A program made the position numbers and the translations under genes. The notes under the pieces are model-generated. The model did no database searches. It saw only the letters and a program-made list of their open reading frames with translations, and was not told the DNA's origin. Shown piece by piece: positions 50,999 through 61,462 of a stretch of DNA of 64,000 bases; position 1 is the first letter of the stretch, and each line of letters opens with the position of its first letter. Source of the DNA: Toensbergia leucococca (Eukaryota); assembly GCA_022813965.1 (NCBI GenBank), contig JALDZS010000029.1:1-64000 (forward strand), read 5' to 3'.

Positions 50999-51586
50999 AA
51001 TAAGAGAAGCTCAGAGCTAGTTGTGATGGCCTTTGCAAAGTTATGGGCGTGGAAGATAACAATATTTGCTTGGAACCTCCGTTTAGACCTCCTGATGATG
51101 CGGGACCTCGTTGACGAAGCCGTTTCCGTGCGATCGCCGACACATTAAGATTTTGGCAAAGCGGCATTGCATGGTGTTGTCTGTTTTATGATTCAAAGGG
51201 ATGCTTGACACTGGACGTTAGCATTGGGCTGGGCGTTGGATGTATAAGAGCGTCAGAACAGGCAAGTATGATATTATTAATACTTAAGCCTTCGCTCGTC
51301 AGAAGCAATGTGAAAGTACTATCATTGACTCGCAAATGTTCCTGTGGTATGCAAAAGTCTTTGTAAGAAAGCATGTTATCCCTTGATACGCTCCTGTCGC
51401 GGAGGTATGAACGATGACTTGGTTCCTATGGCTAAAGATCATCGGTGACGATCCTCGAATTTGGGAGCTGTCGCAAAACGCTCGAAAGAGACTAGCGTCT
51501 CGGCATCATCAATGTTCATACTTCTATTACTTGCACCCGAGGACCTTACATTGTAGCACGCTTTACAGCACGTGTGCTGTCTCATT

Positions 51587-52336
51587 ATGGCCGATGTGAA
51601 CGGCGTGAATTTGGAGCCAATCTCGTCCCGCCCTCAGCTCACATCTGCCCAGACTCCACCTCCCTCCCAGCCAGCAACGACCTCAACGAATTCTGACTTT
51701 CCAGCAACTTCACTAGTCGAAAGTGGCCTGACCAAGCGCCCTCGAGATGCTCGGCTGCTACATATGGTACTCGCTAATCTTGGGGTGACATCTTACCAAG
51801 AACGAGTTCCCCTCCAGCTTATGGATTTTGCCTACCGCTACACATCCTCCACTCTTCAAGATTCTCTACATTTGACTTCGGAGAGTCACGGAGGTACAGC
51901 GCCTGGCGCCGGCGCTGGTCGAGGCACCGCTAATAATAGCGACATGAGCTCTATTACTTTATCATCGCTGCGATTGAGCATAGCCAGCCGAACGCACTAC
52001 CAATTCAATCCCAACCTACCCAAGGAATTCTATCAGGAGATGGCACAAGACAGAAATAGAGTTGCTTTACCGGCTGTGGGGAAAGACTGGGGGGTGCGGT
52101 TACCGCCGGAAAGATACTGCCTTACAGGTGTAGGATGGGGCCTGAAGGAAGAATGGGACAGCGAAGGGGAAGGTGAGGATAGAGATGGGGGCCAGGGAGG
52201 CGATGAAATCATGAGTGAAAATGTAGGAGGGGAAGGAAATGGGGAGGAGGGGGAGGAGGGGGACGAGAGAATGGAGGACCTTTTTGGAGAGCAGGTTGAT
52301 GTTGCAAACGAGGATAGGGACATGGGGGACGACTAG
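51587..52336 (+). CDS. TAF9: TFIID/SAGA subunit TAF9
   Basis: Histone-fold KRPRDARLLHMVLANLGVTSYQERVPLQLMDFAYRYT; NRVALP and RLPPERYCLT; acidic tail. Confidence 0.92.
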   Translation: MADVNGVNLEPISSRPQLTSAQTPPPSQPATTSTNSDFPATSLVESGLTKRPRDARLLHMVLANLGVTSYQERVPLQLMDFAYRYTSSTLQDSLHLTSESHGGTAPGAGAGRGTANNSDMSSITLSSLRLSIASRTHYQFNPNLPKEFYQEMAQDRNRVALPAVGKDWGVRLPPERYCLTGVGWGLKEEWDSEGEGEDRDGGQGGDEIMSENVGGEGNGEEGEEGDERMEDLFGEQVDVANEDRDMGDD

Positions 52337-52675
52337 GAATTTATAAAGCAACCTCAAACGGTCCACAAAGTCGCCACTAAGCGAGCTAGCGGACTTGTGG
52401 ACAGTGCGAGTATCATAGCACGAGGATTTGGAGAAAGGTTCCGGATCACCGTCGTGGCTTAGCGTAGCATAAAGTGGGCGTTACCCGGTTCGGAAGTTCA
52501 TGGGAAAGCGGTTAGCTAAGAGTTCTCGAACCGTACAGGCTATATGCTCGATGGCCAGGTTATTTAAGTTGCGTGGTTTCAATGGTTTCAAGAAGGAAAA
52601 CCTGCAACAGCAACGCCTGTCGTATCAATGGAGGTTCCAGATAAATCAATGAAGCTGGAAAGCCAGTGCTGGATG

Positions 52676-53149
52676 TTATCGCTTTGTGTCTCGTGCTTTC
52701 CCTTCTTGATTATCTTCCGGTAGTGGTGGCATCCCCCACCACTCCCTGTGAAATTTCTCTTGTTCTTTCTTTTTCTTCTCTTTTTCTTCCCTTTGCCGTA
52801 TTCTGACGTCTCTTGTAGCAAACCACTCCTCTCTCGCTGCGTCTTGTTCAGCTTGTGTAGCATGCGATACCATACATGAATTCATTGCCAATCGCTCTGT
52901 CCGACACGCCCAAGTTGCACTAATGGTACGATTGAGAGCACATGAGGCAAAGTCTAAAGCGATGGTCTCAGTTAGCATAGCGCAAAGCAACAATGATGAG
53001 GAGGAAATATCACCTCTTATCTCATTCGCGCAGTGGCCCCGGACGTTCTTATAGTACATATCTCGGACTTGGGCTTCTTGTGCAGCAGAAAGAGGCAAAG
53101 GGTTTCGTGAGGGTAGAGGTAATGGCTTTACATTCGATGTAGCCATCAT
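52676..53149 (-). CDS. CMC1: Cytochrome c oxidase assembly protein, Cmc1-like twin CX9C; 1 intron
   Basis: After removing the in-frame intron: CANEIRDFASC and CRTERLAMNSC (two CX9C motifs); NPLPLSAAQEAQVRDMYY. Confidence 0.82.
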   Translation of the reverse strand: MMATSNVKPLPLPSRNPLPLSAAQEAQVRDMYYKNVRGHCANEIRGDISSSSLLLCAMLTETIALDFASCALNRTISATWACRTERLAMNSCMVSHATQAEQDAAREEWFATRDVRIRQREEKEKKKKEQEKFHREWWGMPPLPEDNQEGKARDTKR

Positions 53150-53473
53150 ACTGACCACCGGAAGAAGTTCGAGGCGTATTCTGCTAGTAGTATAGGTCCC
53201 TTCATGTCAATGGAGGGAAGAGCACGTCTGTAGGGAAAATCCGCAGTTGAATGATGGAGGTTAGCTTTCTTCTGTAGAAGGGTTTACCCCCCAACCCTTT
53301 TACCGCTAGTACGGAGTACCAGTACAGCTAAAAGAGAGGCTGGGGGTTCTTGGCAGGGTTTTCGACGCCCCATAACCCTTACAACCAATTTCACCCACAA
53401 ATAAATATCCAACAAAACCTTCTTTCATAATAATCCCTTCACAAGGACTTTGGTTTTGTTGCCCGCGCAGAAG

Positions 53474-54369
53474 ATGTGGCGTAATGCGTTACAGCGTCGC
53501 AATCACAAAGAACGCGCTCAGCCTTTGGAACGAGAGAAATGGGGTAACTTAGAGAAACACAAGGTTAGTGAATGGATTAGTACTCATCACATCAATGTAA
53601 TACACTGACTTTTGGGAAGGACTACGCTCTACGCGCGAAGGACTACAATGAAAAGAAGAAGCGACTTAAGATACTCCGGCAAAAAGCCGCTGATCGGAAT
53701 CCAGATGAGTTTCACTTCGAGATGATGAGGAGTAAAACGCAGAATGGTGGTCAGAAACTCGCTGGTCGGGTTAATCCAGTCCTTACCCAGGAAGTGGCCA
53801 AATTATTGAAGACTCAAGATGCCGGCTACCTCAGGACAATGGCACAGAAGGTTAGGAAAGAGCGGGAGAGAATGGAGCAGAAATACATTCTCCGCGAAGG
53901 AAACGGTGCCGAGGTGCTCGGCGGCGAATCAGTTCGAAGTGAACGGAAACACATGATCTTTGTGGAGAGTCAGGGAAAGCAAATGCTATTCAAACCGGAA
54001 GGCTTCTTCGGTACTAGCACGGGTGGCCTTGACCGGAGCTTCAATAGACCAAGGATACCTCAAGATGGACCATCTGACTATGATGAGAAGAGGACCGTAT
54101 CGCAGCTTCATCAGGAGGAAAGACCAGCGAGGTCTCGCAGAACTGCTGAGAATGAGGAATTGAAGCTTAAAAGATATAGAGCTTTGCGCAAACAACACAA
54201 AAGGGAGCAGGAGGTTCGGAGGTCGAGGTTGGAGAGCCTCAAATTGCGAGAGAAAGGTCTTCTAGCTGCAGAGCAAGAGCTCGAGCTGCAACGCGCGAAG
54301 ATGAGCAACAGCGTTGGAGGAGTGAACAAAGCTGGGGTGAAATGGAAGGTTCGGGAAAGGAAAAAATAG
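53474..54369 (+). CDS. UTP11: U3 snoRNA-associated protein 11; 1 intron
   Basis: RNALQRRNHKERAQP, LEKHKDY, KAADRNPDEFHFEM, LLKTQDAGY, KWKVRERKK. Confidence 0.94.
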
Positions 54370-54780
54370 GAACTCGTCTATCTGTTTCCTGCCTACCTTA
54401 CCATAGATACCCCAACGATACCCTTTTACTCGCATTTTGTATTCATCTGAGGCGGAGTACGCAAAGTTCAACCCATGATCACAATTATCTTCAGAAGCAT
54501 CAAGTGATCATGTAAGAATTACCAGTTCACTGGTTCGTTCATATGTGACATAGATTCTCATAATTTCAAGTTTCATGCAAGCTTTGCTGCATGTGTTATT
54601 CGGGATTTGATGTCAATTCAGTTTGGTGCAGGGAATCTGGGACGACTTTACCTCGGCTCAGCCCTAAAAATAGTGAGATGGCTCGGTGGCTATCAGACTC
54701 CGCATCTTCTTCACCTCTGATAGATTGAACAATTCTCACTTCATTATATTCAATCTTCTCAAACTTTTTCGTGCTCCACA

Positions 54781-55688
54781 ATGAGGATCAAAGACAGGAC
54801 CTTCATTATCTCTGGTGGGTGGGTCTCCCGTTGTCAATATCATATAAGGAAACCTGAACTGACGACACATATTTGAAAGTGCTTCTGGACTAGGTCGGGC
54901 AACCGTTCGCAACCTTGTCCAGGCCGAGGGTCACGTTGCAATTCTTGATATGAACGAGGGAGGAGGGCAAGACTTGGTAAAAGAGCTTGGGGCTAACTGC
55001 ACAAGGTTCTTTGTTACCGATGTTTCAGATACGGAGAATATAGCAAAATCTGTGCGGGGAATTGTGTCGTGGGTCAAGCAAACGGGTAAAGAGATCGGGG
55101 GCATAATAGCTGCAGCGGGCGTTTCGAATCCTGCTAAAATCATTGACCGACAAGGTGAACCCTTCGACATCAAGGGTTTTGACTTTGTTATGAGTATCAA
55201 TGTCCGCGGCTCCATTGACCTGATACGCCAGATTCTGCCCCATCTTATTCAAGTTGAGCCAGCCGAACCGGATGGTGAAAGGGGCGTCATTGTCTTAGTC
55301 TCCTCGTCCGCAGCCTTCGATGGCCAGCCAGGTCAAGTGGCCTATGCAGCCTCGAAAGGAGCACTTACGTCGTTAACATTACCATTGACTCGAGACCTTG
55401 CGAGATACGGGATCAGAGTAGTGACGATTGCTCCTAGTCTTTTCGACTCTGGGATGACAGCTTTGATGGGTGACAAGGTTAGGAGCAGTTTGACCAGAGT
55501 GATGGAATTCCCAGCCCGGCCAGGTAGACCTGAGGAATTTGCATCATTTGTTAGACAGGGACTGGAAAACGTCATGCTAAATGGAGTCGTGGTGAGACTA
55601 GATGGTGGTATGAGGTATGTCAAGCCTTGATGGAATAGACGTGATATATCAAGCTGACTCGCAAGACAGGATGCCTAGCAAGATGTAA
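54781..55688 (+). CDS. Short-chain dehydrogenase, 3-hydroxyacyl-CoA dehydrogenase type 2 (HSD17B10-like); 2 introns
   Basis: ISGGASGLGRAT after splicing, DGERGVIV, SSAAFDGQPGQVAYAASKG, MLNGVVVRLDGGMRMP. Confidence 0.9.
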
Positions 55689-55859
55689 TTATGAAAGTGA
55701 AAATCCTGTTAAATGAATTTGTTGTAAATGTATCTTGTAATCTTGGCCAATTCTGAAGACGTTCAACCACAAAATCCGGCGATTGACTTTCGTTTCTGGG
55801 TTCCATTGACACAAAGGTATAAATAAGTCATGTATACGATATCTCAAGCTTTCGCCTGT

Positions 55860-56692
55860 TCATGCAGTCCAGATCCTCTTAACGGCCTCTGTCAAGCCCA
55901 CATCGTTCGTTTCAAATTCATAGAGACCCACGGCCACGCCAAGAGTTGCTGCTCGTAGCCCCCACCAGAATAGAGCTCGAGTCTTTGGCAGTCGCTTAAT
56001 GGGAACGTAGTCTATGATTATGGATCTTTCCAGAGCATTAGCATTGGGTGACCGTAAAGAGAATGTGTCCTTGAGACGTACTCAAATCCTATATGTGAGT
56101 GAATGATTATAGTTGCGCACAAGGCGGCGTCCATGACAGGGTTCAATGAGCCTGCGGCGAAAGGAGCAATGGTCAGAGGTATAAGAGCAGCTGATATCAA
56201 TCTTTGTTCAATTAGCACGCAGTAACCCTATGGAGAGAAGACATTCTTGCCTTTCGAAAGTCCAGTGATAGCTCCCATGCGTGGGTGAGGGATCGGGCAC
56301 CGGGGCTGCATCGTTCGCTACGGAAACCTTAGTCAACACGGAACAAAGCATGGAACGATGAAGCCCAAATGGCATACCGGTCCCTTCGATTCGTTCTACA
56401 TAGAGGACTAAGCTTAGCTAATTATATAGCAGGATTTGACATAGCACTTACGAGGTCCTGCTGGAAGGATTGCTCTCGGAGTGCTCGTGTGGAATGCTGC
56501 AATCTTCGTGGAGATTGGGAGAGCATCTCGCACAAATCTAGAGCGCACGAAAGGGAAATTGGGGGGAAAAGGACATAGGCGGGAGCTTGACGTCTTGACA
56601 AGGCTGGAGGGGACAATTCTCGTGAGAGTACCAGCTGCTGGAACAGATATTTGGCACTGCCGCAGCAGTGTTGGACGTAGCACTGCTTTCAT
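55860..56692 (-). CDS. SDH4: Succinate dehydrogenase cytochrome b small subunit (CybS); 4 introns, including a GC-AG intron at 56202-56250 and an 18-nt exon at 56378-56395
   Basis: Presequence-like N-terminus, HGSYHWTFER, IIHSHIGFE, IIDYVP, LYEFETNDVGLTEAVKRIW. Confidence 0.92.
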
Positions 56693-56904
56693 AGCGGACA
56701 AAGGTTTTCAGGACGAGTAACGTGTTCAGGATGAGTAACACATTGATGGATTGACGTTGCTTCACCACCCCCGCGTAATTACTATGGACAAGACTAGTTC
56801 TAGCACTTTCCGCTTCTCACAAGTCACAACCTCAGACCTACTTGAATAATTTTCCGAGACTTTTCCTACCACTCCACCACCTCTTAATCTCTCCATTCAC
56901 GGCC

Positions 56905-58549
56905 ATGGCCTCACGGCGGCTGGCTCTCAATTTGAATCAGGCATTGCGAAGCCGCGCTGCCATTAATTCCGTGTTGCCTGTAAAAAGAGGATTTGCGACC
57001 CCTGTCAGCAGCCATGGAACTACGACTGAGAGCACAACACTGTCAAATGGATTGACGGTGTGTTCAATTGGGAACCCAACCTAACGTGACTAATACCTTG
57101 CTAGATTGCGACCGAGCATTCTCCCTGGGCGCAGACCTCGACTGTAGGCGTCTGGATCGACGCCGGTAGCAGGGCAGAGACCGACAAAACCAATGGGACC
57201 GCCCATTTTCTGGAGCACCTTGCTTTCAAGGTATTTTCGGCGCATGTAAGAGCTACTAAGAGCGTGCTAAATGTATCGAGTAGGGAACCAAAGACCGAAG
57301 TCAACACCAATTGGAGCTCGAAATCGAGAACATGGGTGGTCACCTCAATGCCTACACTTCTGTGAGACAGAGCTGAGAAATGTCAACGACGAAGAACAGT
57401 GCTTATATATCTAGCGCGAAAACACCGTTTACTATGCCAAGTCTTTCAACTCCGACGTTCCTGCTACGGTGAACATCCTTTCTGATATCTTGCAACATTC
57501 GAAGCTTGAGCCGCAAGCAATTGAGCGGGAGCGCGATGTCATTTTACGTGAGCAGGAAGAGGTTGACAAACAACTGGAAGAGGTCGTTTTCGACCACCTA
57601 CATGCAACTGCTTTCCAAGGTCAGCCCCTGGGCCGTACAATTCTTGGCCCGAAAGAGAACATTGCGAGCATACAGCGCGAAGACCTAGTCGGCTATATAA
57701 AGCAAAATTATACCGCAGAACGTATGGTCTTGGTCGGCGCTGGTGGTGTTCCGCATAATCAGTTAGTCGAACTCGCAGAAAAGCACTTCTCTGCATTACC
57801 CACTGAGCCGCCAAGTTCATCCTCTTCTGCAATTGCTGCTGCCCAGAAACTAAGACCTGACTTCATCGGTTCCGAGGTAAGGATCAGGGATGATACTATT
57901 CCTACGGCCAACATTGCTATTGCAGTGGAAGGTGTCAGTTGGAAAGACGATGATTATTTTACTGCCTTGGTAACGCAAGCAATTGTCGGTAATTGGGATC
58001 GTGCTATGGGAAATTCTCCTTATCTCGGTAGCAAGCTTAGCACTTTTATACATGAGAATAAGCTCGCAAATAGCTTCATGAGTTTCTCAACAAGCTACAG
58101 CGACACTGGGTAAGTCGTAGTAATTACCTCCATGACCAGACTGGCTGACAAAGAATCATAGGCTTTGGGGTATCTACCTTGTAACGGAGAATAAGACACA
58201 GATCGATGACCTCGTCCACTTCACACTCCGAGAATGGTCGAGATTATCTTACAACGTCACGGAGGCCGAGACCGAGCGTGCGAAAGCCCAGCTCAAAGCA
58301 TCAATCCTTCTCTCCCTTGACGGTACCACAGCTGTTGCTGAGGATATCGGCCGTCAAATTGTCACCACAGGTCGACGTATGAGTCCGGAGGAAGTGGAGA
58401 GAGTTGTGGGCCAGATCTCGGAAAAGGATATTATGGGCTTTGCCAGGAGGAAGCTGTGGGATCAGGATGTCGCTGTGAGTGCCGTGGGCAGTATTGAAGG
58501 GCTATTGGACTACAATAGGATCAGGAACGACATGAGCCGAAACGCATAG
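56905..58549 (+). CDS. MAS1: Mitochondrial processing peptidase beta subunit (M16 family); 4 introns
   Basis: [12 protein letters not shown], inverted zinc motif [35 protein letters not shown]. Confidence 0.95.
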
Positions 58550-61462
58550 ATTCCAACCTCCTGTAATTTGATAGATCATGCTCTGTACATTCAATCAAAC
58601 GAAGACGATAAACGCTTCTGGAAGTGGCACGTGGACCCGGTCTATTAGAGGTGACGCGTAAAAGCCATCGCATGCTTTGATTAGATAAAGGAAGTCCGCC
58701 ATCTGCAACCCATTTGTGTTTTCGTGGCATGTCTCAAGAATTGTAATAGTCTAGACACAAAATCTCTGCCTTATTTCCCCTTTCAGTACAGTTGCACCCA
58801 GCTTTCTTTGACAGGATACAATACTTGGTTCGAGTAGATAGGGATGGTATGAGATAAACAAGACATGATAGACGCAAGTATGACACTTTTAGATCATGAG
58901 AATAATGAGATGTATATATATCTTCAACTACTCTCCATTCAAGCATCAACTCCTATCCTGACAGTGTGTAAATTTTCCGGATCTTTTGTAATCTCGCCGC
59001 AGGAGATCAGTTAGAACATTGGAATGATCTTACATGCGAGATCACTGATCAATTTACACCTAATAATATCGCCTGCAGACATGTTAAAGGATGTTTCTCT
59101 TCAAAGCATTTGACAATGATAACATACCTCTGGACCGACAGAAAGCCGAGCTAAGATGCACATTGGAGACTCCTGTAGCGCTACTTATCATATTGGACTG
59201 TAAGAAGCCAAACTCGGGTATTTTGGTCTAGTAGAGCGTTTCTTGTCGTCTGACGATTTTACTGTTGAGTCGCTCGAGCATTTCGAGACCGCTTAAGACT
59301 AGTGACCATTCTGGCCTATTGAACGCCAGCATTCAGCCTAAACATTCAGAAATCCATTGCTTACATTATATTGGCCTGGCCAAGATGACCGAGGCCACTG
59401 GTAATGGAAAAGAGTATCCCAAAAAAAAGTCGGGTGAACATTGAAGAGTTCCCGTTTGTAGAACCCAGCTCGAGTTAACCTTAAGCCAGAGAGCAGAGAG
59501 CAGTCATCGATACATCTCCTGAAGGCATAGCTATGTCAATGACTCATTAGACGGAATGAGGATACCGGATGTGAGCGAGCACATTTCTCAACATCTAAGG
59601 GTCACAAGCATCGGCCGTCAATAGCGCCTCATCTGATCCCTGCCCACTTCTGAATGCCTTTTCAACCCTGTAACCATCTAGTACCGCACGTAACGTCCGA
59701 GGCTGCTGAGTCCAACAACTAGAATGTTAGCACTGTCACCGGGAAAATATTTCGGCCTTGTCAACCACGACGTTGTTCCTGGTTTTGTTTGCTTGAATGT
59801 GTCTGAGAATTAGAGAACAGTGGAACACGTCTGAGATCGATCAACACAGAATGAGTCCCTGTGATCTGGGACCTCAAATACAGGAATTAGAGAGATGAAC
59901 TCGTATCAAGGATGTCAGGCTTAAAAGACGAATAGAAATTCGCGACTGGGCTCCAGACGCTTCTCAAGTTCAATTCACAGCCCATCAGATCGAGAACAGT
60001 TCACCGCTATTTGTTGCTTTACTGGAGTTATGTCAGGATCCAAATCAACTTGCCCTCAGTCCCCGAGCCAGGTAGATTCTTTCAACATAAGGCTTCGCCA
60101 TCTTCAATATAACGCGATCCCAGCTGCTGATGTCGAAGAAAAAGCCGAAATCCCGCTGATTTTAGTCTCCACCCAAAATGGAGTAGAATGAATCCAATGG
60201 TAGGTTGGAGCATCTGTCAGGACGTTATGCCTATCGTACATACAATCAAGTCTACCGATGACTTCTAGAGAGTTGTTGCTTGGAATTTCTAAAGATTTCA
60301 TATGTTAAATCATATCACTAGCAGTGTCGAGAAGAGCTTCCAGATAGACTGCTCTGCGAATTAAGGCATGGAAATAGAAATTTGAGACTTTACCCAAGAC
60401 TCATAGAACATCAAGCATGGTTCGTTCAGAGGCCGAGTGTAGTCCCACTTCCAGGGAGGTTTAGTGGGGGGTTCAACGGAGAATTTGAGGTGATATTGCT
60501 ATTTCTTTCTCACGGCTAATGATAATATGCTGGCATCTGTAGGCGTACGGTCTTCATTTTTATTTTTATTTTCATTTCCGTTTCGTACTGGACACGCCAT
60601 TGCACTTGGCTGTAAGCATTTTTAGAAGCCCAAGTATCTTCCATATTGAGTTCGACGTAAAGGCAGATCACAATAGGTGACGTCTAGGTAAGCTTAGGTC
60701 GATCTCGGTGACTGCATAGCTCGGTCAGTATCGCATGACTAGAATGCAACCTCGCCACTAGGATATCCAGTCTCGAGTCTCTCCAGTTCTCGCGTACTCC
60801 GTAAGCATAAATTATTCAAAAGGAATGCATTTCAGGGGTAGGTTGCATGCGAGGAGTGCGGAGGAACACGAGTATCTGTCAAAGCGCATTTCCGGTCCTA
60901 TCTCAATATCTTAGTATTCTGTACGAGTAGAGACGAAACCACAAATCCAACTTCGCAACAAAGCTATCCTGACTCAATCAAGGTTAATCCAGGCGCCCAA
61001 AAGCCTACCGAATAAATTATGCAGGCTAAAAAAAATGTATCCCCGGTGCGTTAACATGCCAAAGAGTCCTGGTGCGTAGTAAAAGTATGGTCGAATTTGA
61101 AGTCACATGAGAATGAGAGGTGCCAAATCAAAAGGCGTTGTCCAAGCTTACGGATAGAGGCAAACGGAAAATGCGTCCAAAGACAGCGCGAGGACACCAA
61201 CTCATTTAAGAACTTACCATCACGGAGCTTCTGCTTGCAGCCATCTTATCATCGAGGTGGGCGTGTATAGTTGAACTGGCATCCACCGAAGACCGAAGGG
61301 TCAGAAAAGGTAAAGTCCACGGCTAAGGTAGATTCATTCGAAGAATTGACTACGATGTCACCTTCATGGAAAATTGCTAAAGCTGTTGTTCTTGTGGATA
61401 ATCATACTGTCAAAGCACAATAAGCGCTAAAAGGGAAGCAACACTCGTACATTTTAGGCTGC

